Below, piece by piece: positions 19,583 through 29,834 of a stretch of 64,000 bases of DNA. Source of the DNA: Nitrosopumilaceae archaeon (GTDB taxonomy: Archaea; Thermoproteota; Nitrososphaeria; Nitrososphaerales; Nitrosopumilaceae); contig OZ242365.1 in assembly GCA_965208905.1 (NCBI GenBank), positions 1,376,001 to 1,440,000 of the forward strand, in the 5' to 3' direction. The stretch's first letter is position 1. Every line of letters starts with the position of its first letter. The translations under genes were made by a program, and so were the position numbers. The notes beneath the pieces were generated by a model. The model had not been told where the DNA came from, made no database searches, and was given only the letters and a program-made list of their open reading frames with translations.

Positions 19583-21703
19583 TTGCTGCACAGTGAGATG
19601 CAACACGTACGGGAGTCATTGGGCCGTGATCCCACCGATACCGAAGAGGCCATAATATCTGCAGAATGGTCAGAACACTGTTCCTACAAATCTTCCAAGA
19701 TGTATATTCGGACCATACCAAACAAGGCGCCTCATGTGATATCCGAAGATATGGACTCTGGTGTAATAGATGTGGGCGATGGCTATGTCGTAACGGCGCA
19801 TATTGAGAGTCACAACCATCCTTCGGCACTTGATCCATTTGGCGGGGCTGCGACTGGCGTTGGCGGAATACTTCGGGATATAATGTCTGCAGGTACAAGA
19901 CCAATAGCCATACTGGATGGACTACACTTTGGTGACATATCCACAGACACGCATGCCGCCTGGTTATTGGGCGGTGCTGTACGTGGCATATCGCACTATG
20001 GTAACTGCATGGGGATACCCAACATAGGAGGTGAGATAGGCTTTGATGAGTGTTATACAAAGTATGCACTAGTTGATGTTGCTGCCATCGGCTTTGGAAA
20101 GAGAGACCGACTGATACACAACAGGGCCGACCCCGGAGATCATGTGGTGTTGCTGGGAGGACCCACCGGATATGATGGTGTAGGCGGCTCACAGTTTGCA
20201 TCTGCGCAAATGGATACACAAGACAGGTCTGCTGTTCAGATACCCGACCCATTCATGGAGAAGATGGTGATGGAGGTGATACTGCAGGTACGCCCCCACC
20301 TAAAGGCACTCAAGGATTTGGGAGGTGGCGGGCTGGCATGTGCGCTCTCCGAAACTGCAGACTCTCTCCAAGTGGGCATAACGGCATATCTGAACAATGT
20401 ACATACGAGGAATAGTGATATGACGCCCGCAGAGATAGTAATATCTGAGTCCCAGGAGAGGATGCTGGCAGTTGTGGATGATTCAGGACTCTCTTTTTTG
20501 ACACAGGCATGTTCAAAGTTTCATGTTCCAATATCTGTAATTGGCAGCATAGATGATACTGACACTCTAAGAGTATATCACAATAATGATGTGGTGGCTC
20601 AGCTACCGGTCAGACTGGCCGCCCATGCCCCACCCATAATGTGGCCTGACAGGCCCGCCATCACCCCCGAGAGTCCATTTACGCCCCCCTGCACAGACAT
20701 CGTACAGGTGCTATACAAGATGCTACAGATGCCCGACTGTGCAGATAAGCGATACATATACTCACAGTATGACCAGGAGGTGGGAATTCGAACCGTCCGA
20801 AGACCTGGCCTTGATGCATCAGTATTACGGTTGGACAACGGACGATACCTGGCCGTATCGTTGAGCAGTAATCCTAGGCATTGCTGGTACAATCCATATC
20901 ATGGTACAATGGGGTGCTTTGAGGAGTCTTGTAGGAATGTGACTTGTGTTGGTGCCACACCTGTGGCCATGCTGGATCACCTTCAATTTGGCAGCCCCGA
21001 AGATCCTGAGACGTTCTGGTCATTCAAAGAAAGTGTACGCGCCTTATCTGACTATGCTACACACACTGGTATACCGTGCATAGGAGGCAAGGTAAGTCTG
21101 TACAATGAGACCGACTCGGGACCCATCAAGCCATCCCCTGCAATCATGATACTGGGACTATCTGATGTAAATCATCGTCCTTCACAACCTGCACCGGGCC
21201 ATAAAATAATACTGATAGGCCAAACGCAGAACGAATGTGGCGGTTCCATATATCATGATATTATACAGTATACAGGCGGCCACTGTCCGCGTTTGAATCT
21301 GGATGCGTCGTTGCGCAACATGGAGGCGGCGCGTCGTTTGGCCACCAATGATATGTATATACATGATGCTTCTCGAGGAGGGTTAGGGATGGCCATCATG
21401 CGTATGTGTTTAGAGTCAGAGACGGGATGCAATATAGATCTGAGATCAATATCTGATGTGATACCTGCACGTGTAGCACTCTTCTCTGAGAGTCACAGTA
21501 GGTATCTGGTGTCTACTCCGCCTGACAGATTAGATGATACACTTGCGATGTTACAAAATACAGATGCACCATATAGTGTGGTGGGCAGTTTTGGTGGAGA
21601 CACAATTACATTTTCAGATGGTAAACACCAGTATGATGTTGACATTGAAAAAGCAGGCAAGATATGGTCAGAGTCCTTGGAGAGGATGATACTGCATGGT
21701 TAG
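19583..21703 (+). CDS. purL: FGAM synthase subunit
   Basis: WSEHCSYKSS, ESHNHPS, DLGGGG, SESQERM. Confidence 0.97.
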   Translation: MLHSEMQHVRESLGRDPTDTEEAIISAEWSEHCSYKSSKMYIRTIPNKAPHVISEDMDSGVIDVGDGYVVTAHIESHNHPSALDPFGGAATGVGGILRDIMSAGTRPIAILDGLHFGDISTDTHAAWLLGGAVRGISHYGNCMGIPNIGGEIGFDECYTKYALVDVAAIGFGKRDRLIHNRADPGDHVVLLGGPTGYDGVGGSQFASAQMDTQDRSAVQIPDPFMEKMVMEVILQVRPHLKALKDLGGGGLACALSETADSLQVGITAYLNNVHTRNSDMTPAEIVISESQERMLAVVDDSGLSFLTQACSKFHVPISVIGSIDDTDTLRVYHNNDVVAQLPVRLAAHAPPIMWPDRPAITPESPFTPPCTDIVQVLYKMLQMPDCADKRYIYSQYDQEVGIRTVRRPGLDASVLRLDNGRYLAVSLSSNPRHCWYNPYHGTMGCFEESCRNVTCVGATPVAMLDHLQFGSPEDPETFWSFKESVRALSDYATHTGIPCIGGKVSLYNETDSGPIKPSPAIMILGLSDVNHRPSQPAPGHKIILIGQTQNECGGSIYHDIIQYTGGHCPRLNLDASLRNMEAARRLATNDMYIHDASRGGLGMAIMRMCLESETGCNIDLRSISDVIPARVALFSESHSRYLVSTPPDRLDDTLAMLQNTDAPYSVVGSFGGDTITFSDGKHQYDVDIEKAGKIWSESLERMILHG

Positions 21704-23102
21704 AGAGAACTGTGGAGTTGTGGGCATATTCAGCATGGATGGATCCAACGTCGTACCACTTGTAATCGATGCATTAAGGGCTCTTCAGCATAGGGGTCAG
21801 GAGGCATGGGGCATTGCAATCCCAAACAGGGAACCATTGCGGCGCATGGGGCTGGTATCCGCATCATCATCCGAATTCAAACAGATAAGTGAAGAGTATC
21901 ACTCACAATGTGCTATAGGACACGTTAGATATTCGACCATCGGCAAAAGTAATTTGGAGAATGCGCAACCACTGCGGGTTCGGGATTTGTGTGTAGCACA
22001 TAATGGTACAATAACAGACTCCAGCGAGATAAAGAACATGGTGGGAGGCTGTACATTTACTCCTAGCATGGCCAGTGATACGCTTATGGCGGCCCGCCGA
22101 CTGGTATCATTAATCTCTGAGCGCGCAAGTATGGGTGACGCACTAAACATACTAAAGAATGAGATGACCGGCTCTTACTGTTTTACATTCATCTCAGATG
22201 ATAATTCAGTATATGCTGCCAGAGACTCTAAAGGCTTTCGCCCCATGGTTCTAGGTCACAAAAAGGGGGGAGACTCGCATATTGTGGCATCTGAGTCTGC
22301 AGCCTTATCTGCTGTTGGTGCCACACTGGTACGGGATGTGTTGCCTGGCGAACTCATACGTATGAGCTCGGACGGACTAAAGAGCGAGATATTTGCCAAA
22401 GAAGAGACTCATGCACACTGCTCATTTGAATTTACATACTTTGCACACCCATCAAGCCGCATGGAGGGAATCAACATCTATGTGGCCCGCAAGCAGATAG
22501 GCCGTGGACTGGCTAAAAAGTTCCCAATACGGGATGCTGACTTGGTGATACCGGTACCGGACTCGGCGCGTCCCGCAGCTTTGGGCTATGCACAGGAACT
22601 TTCCATACCGTTTGATGAAGGACTACTAAAAGATCGTTACAGCAAGAAGGGGCCCCTGCGGAGTTTCATTGAGCCAGAGCAGAGTGATCGTGTAGAGATA
22701 AACCGTTGGATAATACCAATTCGTGAGATAATACAAGATAGACATGTGGTGGTAATAGACGATAGTCTGGTACGGGGCACCAGCTCCCGTTCCATAATAG
22801 AGTCCCTCCGTAATTCAGGTGCGCGTAAAATCAGCATGTTGATTACGTATCCGCCTGTAATGTTTCCATGTTATGCTGGAATCGACTTTCCATCCCGGAA
22901 CGAACTGGCCACCTTTACGAATGACACAAAGAGTATGGATGAAATAGTAGAGATGGTGCGCCAGGATATTGGCGCCGACTTTTTGGGGTATAATGATGCC
23001 AAGACTCTAGCTAGATCAGTGGGAATGTCCAAAGACTCTATGTGTTTTACCTGTCATACCGGCGACTACTCGACACTGGGAGTGTCTGATGTGTCCCGTT
23101 AG
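21696..23102 (+). CDS. purF: Amidophosphoribosyltransferase
   Basis: CGVVG, QHRGQE, GHVRYST, HNG, DDSLVRGTS. Confidence 0.97.
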   Translation: MVRENCGVVGIFSMDGSNVVPLVIDALRALQHRGQEAWGIAIPNREPLRRMGLVSASSSEFKQISEEYHSQCAIGHVRYSTIGKSNLENAQPLRVRDLCVAHNGTITDSSEIKNMVGGCTFTPSMASDTLMAARRLVSLISERASMGDALNILKNEMTGSYCFTFISDDNSVYAARDSKGFRPMVLGHKKGGDSHIVASESAALSAVGATLVRDVLPGELIRMSSDGLKSEIFAKEETHAHCSFEFTYFAHPSSRMEGINIYVARKQIGRGLAKKFPIRDADLVIPVPDSARPAALGYAQELSIPFDEGLLKDRYSKKGPLRSFIEPEQSDRVEINRWIIPIREIIQDRHVVVIDDSLVRGTSSRSIIESLRNSGARKISMLITYPPVMFPCYAGIDFPSRNELATFTNDTKSMDEIVEMVRQDIGADFLGYNDAKTLARSVGMSKDSMCFTCHTGDYSTLGVSDVSR

Positions 23103-23197
23103 TGTTATGGCCGTTGACCTAGCCCCTTTGATGTATTTGTGGTGGGCTCCCGGGAGTATCTCAGGATTAATAAATGTGCCCTGTATGAGATGATCTG

Positions 23198-24187
23198 ATG
23201 CGCATAATACAGAGTGGTTTTGGTGCCGTGGGACAAAGCCTAGCAGGACTGTTGGAGTCCCGAGATGATATATACACAAAGTATGGCATAAGGACACGTT
23301 TTGTGGCCATATCTGATAGTAGCGGTACCATATCTGATGAGTCAGGTTTAGATACTGTAGATGTAATACAAAGAAAGCGTCAAGACGGTACAGTGTCCGA
23401 ATCCAAAAAGAGTATACCGTCCATTATACAAAGCATGGATGCAGACGTACTGATTGAGGCCACGCCTAGTAACTACGATGATGGCGAGCCTGGCATGACA
23501 AACATAACGACTGCACTCAAAAAAGGAATGCATGTCATATCTGTAAACAAAGGTCCTCTGGCGCTGGCACAGCCGAGTTTGGTGGAGATGGCCACATATA
23601 ATGGCGTTTACTTGCGGTTTAGTGGAACTGTAGGAGGCGGCACACCAATACTGAACTATGCCAAGAACGCTTTGCGTGGTGAGCGTATCACGTCTTTTCG
23701 TGGAATATTGAATGGTACCACCAACTATATACTGACCAATATGGGTAATGGTCTGTCCTTTGATCAAGCCTTGAATGATGCTCGAAGTCGAGGTTATGTA
23801 GAGGCTGACGAGTCTTTAGATTTGGACGGATGGGACGTGGCCGCCAAGCTCACAATACTGAGCAACTGGGTTATGGAGAAGAATATAACCATACATCAGG
23901 TGGAGCGAAGCGGAATACGGGATGTGACCCAACAGGATATCCAAGAGTCTGTAAAAGATAACTGCGCTCTAAAACTGGTGGCAAATTGCAGTGATGGTAT
24001 ATCTGTGGGCGTAGAAAAGGTACCAATTAATGATCCATTGTGCGTATACGGTACACTGAACGCTGCCTCATTCACATCTGAACATTCGGGTACGCAGACG
24101 ATAATCGGTCGTGGAGCTGGTGGTGTGGAGACTGCAAGCTCAATACTGCGCGATCTGTTGGATATACGGCAGGCGATGTCAAAATAA
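23198..24187 (+). CDS. hom: Homoserine dehydrogenase
   Basis: GFGAVG, NKGP, GILNGTTNYIL, GRGAG. Confidence 0.95.
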   Translation: MRIIQSGFGAVGQSLAGLLESRDDIYTKYGIRTRFVAISDSSGTISDESGLDTVDVIQRKRQDGTVSESKKSIPSIIQSMDADVLIEATPSNYDDGEPGMTNITTALKKGMHVISVNKGPLALAQPSLVEMATYNGVYLRFSGTVGGGTPILNYAKNALRGERITSFRGILNGTTNYILTNMGNGLSFDQALNDARSRGYVEADESLDLDGWDVAAKLTILSNWVMEKNITIHQVERSGIRDVTQQDIQESVKDNCALKLVANCSDGISVGVEKVPINDPLCVYGTLNAASFTSEHSGTQTIIGRGAGGVETASSILRDLLDIRQAMSK

Positions 24188-24654
24188 AATCTCATAACAT
24201 ATCCAAGAGTCAAACAAATGATGTACTATCAAAAATATCGACATCCTGGGGTTTTGAGATGCCCAAGATACGAAATCTCACAATATATCATATAGATAAT
24301 GATGCCCAGCTCTTGTCTGGCGGAGACATCAAAGTATTGTGTATATCTGGACAGTATGTGCCATTTTTGTCATGTATGTCAATATTAGAGAGGTTTCCAA
24401 CAGTAACCGTAGATGATGGGGCCATTCGGTTTGTGTGTAACGGGGCAGATGTAATGCGCCCGGGTATTATGTATAATGATGCCTTTGAATGCAACAGTAT
24501 AGTGTGTGTAACCGAGTCCCGCAAAAAGTATCTGGCTGTAGGTATATCAAAGATGGACAGTGAGAGCTTGACGGTTGCAACCCGGGGTGCTGCACTAAAG
24601 AATCTACATTATATATCAGATAAATACTGGGAGTCCTGCAAATTAATTCCCTAG
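24184..24654 (+). CDS. PUA-domain RNA-binding protein (MCT-1/Tma20-like); frame open back to ATA at 24184
   Basis: VDDGAIRFVCNGADVMRPGI, NLHYISD. Confidence 0.85.
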   Translation: MKSHNISKSQTNDVLSKISTSWGFEMPKIRNLTIYHIDNDAQLLSGGDIKVLCISGQYVPFLSCMSILERFPTVTVDDGAIRFVCNGADVMRPGIMYNDAFECNSIVCVTESRKKYLAVGISKMDSESLTVATRGAALKNLHYISDKYWESCKLIP

Positions 24655-25245
24655 TGTTATCTGGCGACTACCATCTGAATTTATGACTAGTATGTCTGTG
24701 CCATCCCCACTGGACGCATCCCTCTGTGATGCTGCGCTTATCGCCTTCTTGACCAGTTCTATACCGTCATCGGTGGACATACCTGCAGCATATTGCGGAT
24801 CCAAGACACCTAAAGCCATCTCGGCACCAGTTCCCACAGCTGCATAGTCATCTGGCAGTACGGAACCTAGGGGGTCTAGAGTGTACAACTTTGGCTCCTT
24901 TACGAATCCACCAACTATGACCTGTGTCAAAAGGGGGAAGAATCTTCTATCATACATCATATTTGACATCATCTTTGCAATGGTGTTTGGAGGTACATCT
25001 CGTCGTATCTCCATCTTTCGAATTTTGGCTAGTGCCTTTATTTGAAGTGCTAGAATCTGCATATCTGCCACCAAGCCTGCACACGCAGCCCCGACATTTG
25101 ATGTTATTTGAAACGTCTTCTTTGTAGTCTTGCTGACCAACAGATTACCATATGCTATACGCCTTTCGCTGGCAAATACAACACCTTCATCACATGTTAC
25201 ACCTACGGCGGTGGCTCCTGGCATGTACATATATGACATAATCAA
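24643..25245 (-). CDS. psmB: Proteasome beta subunit (GATAVG; lacks the catalytic Thr1, likely the inactive beta paralogue)
   Basis: GATAVG, AGLVADMQ, DPLGS, RDASSGDG. Confidence 0.93.
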   Translation of the reverse strand: MIMSYMYMPGATAVGVTCDEGVVFASERRIAYGNLLVSKTTKKTFQITSNVGAACAGLVADMQILALQIKALAKIRKMEIRRDVPPNTIAKMMSNMMYDRRFFPLLTQVIVGGFVKEPKLYTLDPLGSVLPDDYAAVGTGAEMALGVLDPQYAAGMSTDDGIELVKKAISAASQRDASSGDGTDILVINSDGSRQITLGN

Positions 25246-25318
25246 AGGTGTTCTAACACGTATTAAATGGGTTTCGTTTTATCAAAGTTAAAATTCCCAT
25301 TGTATATGGATACTATGT

Positions 25319-25392
25319 GGGCCGATAGTATAGACTGGTAGTATACCCGCCTTGCACGCGGGGGATCGTGGGTTCAAATCCCGCTCGGTCCA
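25319..25392 (+). tRNA. tRNA-Ala (TGC)
   Basis: Acceptor GGGCCGA/TCGGTCC with G3:U70, anticodon arm CCCGC-CTTGCAC-GCGGG, T arm GGTTCAAATCC. Confidence 0.96.
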
Positions 25393-25434
25393 TCCGTTTA
25401 ATAGTTCTTTTATAGGCTTTACCCGCATGCTTAT

Positions 25435-25660
25435 ATGTAAAACTCACCAGAGAAGATATCGTGCGGGTTGAAGACGACTCACTACTGGGTTGTTCAAGCA
25501 GGGTATAAAGTCCAAAGAAACTGCCGACAAGTACACACGCACACTTAGACAAATCACATGCAAAGTACTTGAAGATGTACTGGAAGGTGATTTCGAGGAG
25601 CGCGTACAGCAGCTGGTCAATGTTGGCAGGGAGTTGGTGATATGGTGGCGCTATAACTGA
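25435..25660 (+). pseudogene. Frameshifted N-terminal relic of a tyrosine integrase
   Basis: LFKQGIKSKETADKYTRTLRQITCKVLEDVLEGDFEERVQQLV parallels LFEESIKSKYTKQNY at the N-terminus of the integrase at 54758; lies directly after a tRNA. Confidence 0.55.
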
Positions 25661-25676
25661 ACAGTTCATTTTTTTC

Positions 25677-26720
25677 TCTATTGTGCGGAAATTAGTTCGC
25701 CCTAACTTTAGACTGCCAACCAAAGAATATTTTAGTCTATATAGATCACGCAAACCCATGAGAGTCAATCTGACACAGAAGCAGATAGATTATATCATTC
25801 GACAATGCAGGAAAGGTAGTAGTACATCACACATTGCTACAGAGATGAAGATTAGCCAGAGACGCGTACAACAACTCTGGGCAATGTATCGTGCAACGGG
25901 CAAGATTCCCACACTACAAATGCCAGGCAGACCCAAGATTCCTCCCACCGAGGAGCAAACCAACGTCGTACTAGCAGCACATCGTATAATGCCAGCAGGC
26001 GTCACAAGGATCACCAAGTACTTAAATCACAAGGGCATACAAATAAGTGAAAAAACGGTATACACAATCATGAAAGAAAACAATATGGTCACTCTATCTG
26101 CAGCAAAATCGCGCAGGCGTAAATGGATACGCTATGAGCGCAGATACTCCAATGCGATGTGGCATACGGACTGGCATGCGATGAAAGATCCACGTTTTCA
26201 AGGCTACCAATTAATCACATATCTTGATGATGCGTCAAGATGTGTGGTTGGAGCCATGATATTCAAGGGGGCCACATCCGAGAACGCGGTAACAGTCCTG
26301 CAAAATAGCATTGTTGAGTTTGGAACCCCGGCCACCATACTCTCCGACAACGGATCGTGCTTTGTGGGTGTGAGAAGAAAGATTCCTGCAAAATCATGGA
26401 CCCCCACTATATTTGAGGCAGAGCTGCTTGACCGGGGTATTGAGTTGATCAACACCCGCCCCTACCACCCACAAACAAACGGCAAGCTTGAACGGTTCCA
26501 CCGCACCTTGGAAGAAGAACTATGTCATTTTGGCAGCCTAGCGGAGTTTGTCGCGTACTACAACGAGGTGCGACTGCACTGGTCTTTAGACATAAACAAT
26601 GGCGAGACCCCGCTACAGGCATTTCACAACAAAAAAGTACCAGATGATGTCAGGAAGAGTGACTTAGAATGGATGGAGAGGGACACCGATGACTAGGCGA
26701 AATAATTTCGACATAATACA
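25677..26720 (+). mobile_element. IS481-family insertion sequence, 1044 bp, 15-bp TSD
   Basis: TIRs TCTATTGTGCGGAAATTAGTTCGCC / TGTATTATGTCGAAATTATTTCGCC (20/25); CAGTTCATTTTTTTC at 25662-25676 and 26721-26735. Confidence 0.92.
25758..26696 (+). CDS. IS481-family DDE transposase (probable start MRVNLT)
   Basis: WHTDW, LDDASR, SDNGSCF, PYHPQTNGKLERFHRTL. Confidence 0.92.
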   Translation: MRVNLTQKQIDYIIRQCRKGSSTSHIATEMKISQRRVQQLWAMYRATGKIPTLQMPGRPKIPPTEEQTNVVLAAHRIMPAGVTRITKYLNHKGIQISEKTVYTIMKENNMVTLSAAKSRRRKWIRYERRYSNAMWHTDWHAMKDPRFQGYQLITYLDDASRCVVGAMIFKGATSENAVTVLQNSIVEFGTPATILSDNGSCFVGVRRKIPAKSWTPTIFEAELLDRGIELINTRPYHPQTNGKLERFHRTLEEELCHFGSLAEFVAYYNEVRLHWSLDINNGETPLQAFHNKKVPDDVRKSDLEWMERDTDD

Positions 26721-26867
26721 CAGTTCATTTTTTTCAGATATGGTTATAAATGATGGCAACAGTTATGCGCGGTATGATGGCCTACAAAACGACAGTTCTG
26801 GCGGTTGGTGCGATCTGCGCGATCGCAGGCATGTTGTGGGCCATGTATGATACGACATGGGACGGCG

Positions 26868-27332
26868 ATGGTGCATACTGAATTCGTGGTGGCGGGAATT
26901 GCCATCCCCGTTGTTGTGGGATCGACATTGGTATTATTTGTCCTGTTGCCATACTGGGAGAATCTGCCTGATAGGTCGTCGTTCATAGGGATGGACATAT
27001 CGGTATTGCCCGAGCGTGGTGCATACGTGTATCTTGAATGCTACTTTGTCTCGGCCAGCGGGACCCTGTGGTATGGGAACGAGTTGCCCGATTCCGCCTG
27101 GGTTCAATGGAATGGCAGTACACCGCATCCACATGTATATTATGTGCCACCAAAGCAGCACGAAATAATGATTCTAAGTCTTGACCAGATGGAGCCTTTG
27201 CCGGGCCGTATCGTGTTTGAGGCGGACGAGGAGATGAGAGGCCTGTCAGGCATAATACTGTGGGACAAGCAGGAGTTTTGCCACGTCCATTCGGCATCAG
27301 ACGGCATCACGACGTATCGCATCCACCCGTGA
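26868..27332 (+). CDS. Hypothetical membrane-anchored protein
   Basis: Hydrophobic N-terminus VVAGIAIPVVVGSTLVLFVLL; lies in the accessory island; start uncertain. Confidence 0.5.
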   Translation: MVHTEFVVAGIAIPVVVGSTLVLFVLLPYWENLPDRSSFIGMDISVLPERGAYVYLECYFVSASGTLWYGNELPDSAWVQWNGSTPHPHVYYVPPKQHEIMILSLDQMEPLPGRIVFEADEEMRGLSGIILWDKQEFCHVHSASDGITTYRIHP

Positions 27333-27644
27333 CGAAGTTGGTCACTACATACCACGTAGATCTAAGCGGGGTAATCGTTAGGTTTTGTGAACCCGGGGGT
27401 GACGAGTGAGGGCGTGAGATTTTGGTAATGACCAATACAAGACTGACATACACTCTTACCGGAATCCCACCATGCTTGGGGTGATTAATGTTGATCGCTC
27501 ATCTATCTAATGTTGGGGGTGGCAATTACGCCCATAGGGCGGCGGAGTTGGCGTTCAGTGTAGAAAAAGCATGAACCGGCCAGATGACACGCGCCTGCAG
27601 GACGGATTCTGCGGAAAATAATTACGGCGCGAAAAGCATCTTGG

Positions 27645-28649
27645 TCAGGCCCGCCTCTCGGGATATTGGTCAAGGATGGCGGCCAGCGCAACCACGAACC
27701 TGCCATTGATGCCATAGTGCCTGTGGTTGTGGACAAACTGGAAAGACTTGACGTACCGTTCCAGATGCCATTTGCTTACGCCGCGGTGTTTTTTCAGCCA
27801 CCATATACAGCAGGCCTATCCGGCACTCGCAGTTATTGGTATGAATATCGTTGTGCTCGCCTGATGCGTATTCTCCTTCGTTGTGGTTGATGACCAGGTG
27901 GCCATATCCCATCTCTCCAAGGCTCTTGTAGGCGGGATGCTCGTCGGTGATCACCGTTGAGCCCGGTTCGAACCTCCCGGCCACCATTTCGGCCAGCGTT
28001 TTGCCGTCGCCACGGGGAACCTCGAAGATGGCCACATCCGGTTCGCCTTCTGCGGCCCGCTGATGGTGGATGGTGACCATCGGCGTGTTCTTCTCGAAGG
28101 TGCCCCTGCCCGGACCGCGGGGCAGCTGGCGGCGGCTGGGGACAGTCCGGTTCTCGCCGTTGCTGCCCAATGACACCCCCTTGGAGCCGGCCCTGGTGTA
28201 TCCCTCATCGGCCTCACCCGTCCCGGACAGCTTGCCCTCCGGCAGCTCGCCCACCTTCCGCATGATGTCGCGGTACATCTGGTAGACGGTCCCGTAGGCG
28301 TTGCCTATCGAAGTTGCAATATAGTTTATCGATATCCCGTTGGGCGGCCCGCACAGGAACATCCAGACCGCCAGCATCCAGTCTCCCATCCGGACGTGCC
28401 GGTAGTGAAGAATAGTCCCGGTCTTGTCGTTGAAGGTCCGGCAACAGCCCTTGCACGTGTACCTCCGGATGTGTCCCTGGTATCGGCAGTACCGGACGAT
28501 ATCAACCCCGCCGCAACGTGGGTAGAACAGGCCGTTGGCCCACCGGACCGTCCTGAACAACTCGCTGTAGCCACCATATCGGCAAACAATGCCAGCAGGA
28601 GCAACAGGGGACCGGATTCTTTTTGTTTTTGCGTTTTGCCACACGCCAT
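27645..28649 (-). pseudogene. IS1595-family transposase, frameshifted
   Basis: Zn ribbon (xPRCG...CKGC), EADEGY, TDEHPAY, NHNEGEY, HTNNCE; a frameshift at about 27804-27807 restores WWLKKHRGVSKWHLERYV; probable second shift near the N-terminus. Confidence 0.85.
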
Positions 28650-28728
28650 GGAGGTATGGAGGGATCTACCTCTATAGATCTTTTTCGATTACACCTACTT
28701 GGTGCGGGGCTTCACTTACCCCCAACAC

Positions 28729-29576
28729 TCAACAGATGAGCGAATATACATGATAGGGCTTGTCGTCAGGTATGAGGGCGTAGGATATGGCAGAACCCTT
28801 CAAAAATGCTCCCGTGCAATGATGATCGTAAGTTTGTATAGTAGAAAATCCTTCGTTCTGAGCGCTTGCCATGCCAGTAAAGCCAAGCATTACCAGCATG
28901 CTCACGGCGAATAATGCATACAGAATTTTTGATTGGATTATAAAATTCAAGAATGTATCACCCGCATACATTATAGTTTACACGTATTTGATTATTGTTG
29001 CTAGGAAATTTGCGAATCTGTTATCGGTTACAGAGTCGCAACACTCACAGTTAAATCCAAAGCAGACGATGGTCAGTTACCGTGACTCAATGACAAATTT
29101 TGGCATGGTTACCGTGGTATTTCCTACGGTGTTGGGCGTGATAAACAGGGGGATACGGCGTTGTTCCATCCCGTAGCGTGCATCGCATGGTGGTGAATGA
29201 CGGTATACGAGTTGTTCCGTCCAGAATCTAAGGTCTGGAAATTCTATGTTTGCTACCGTGCGGTTATAACCAGTGACGGTGGGAAATATCACTTTATCAT
29301 ATCAGTATCCGTAGCAACTACTTGGATGGCTACCGTCTCGGCTCCAACCTAGACGGCAATACGTGACGGCAAGGGCGAGAACTGAGTGGGAGAGTTTGAT
29401 TCTCCCACGCAGACTCTAAAAGATCCTTGGTCGTATCCGCCTTTGCTGTCCGTAACCGTTATTTCCATTTCATCTTGTCCATCCGCGATAGGCGTCAATG
29501 TAATGGTGTCTTCAGACATGCTGACAGATACGAATTCAAAGCTGTTACGCACAATCAACTTCAAAAAATGAAACAA
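28729..29576 (-). pseudogene. Fragments of secreted/surface protein genes (signal-peptide fragment; Ig/cadherin-like fragment)
   Basis: MLVMLGFTGMASAQ signal-like piece; DTITLTPIADGQDEMEITVTDSKGG beta-rich motif; short broken ORFs. Confidence 0.4.
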
Positions 29577-29834
29577 TTACAAAAATAGGGCTTTATGGTT
29601 TAGTGATCTGCACAGTCAGCCTCTTCAGGCATGGCGTGTCCTTTGTTGTCAAACTTGTTCCATTCTTGCTCAAACCTCTCTCTGTCAAAGGCCACAAAGT
29701 CACTTACCGATGCAAACTCCACTTCCCCATCTTGAATCATGGACTCACAGTGTTCTATGAACTTTTGTACTACTTGTTCTCGACTCATATTTTGATATAA
29801 GCCTTGTTCTTTAAATATGTTACACTGTCTTGCA

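Noticed and set aside
19413-20252. Long antisense ORFs (here, and e.g. 2696-3235, 47318-47905, 62983-63591)
   Set aside because: Shadows of well-supported genes on the opposite strand
24643-25245. Proteasome beta subunit lacking Thr1 as a novelty
   Set aside because: Inactive second beta paralogues are known in TACK archaea
27360-28700. IS1595 pseudogene as the mobiliser of the tnpB elements
   Set aside because: I could not find the CTGTCAAATCTTAG repeat or any convincing TIR/TSD pair around it, and it is frameshifted
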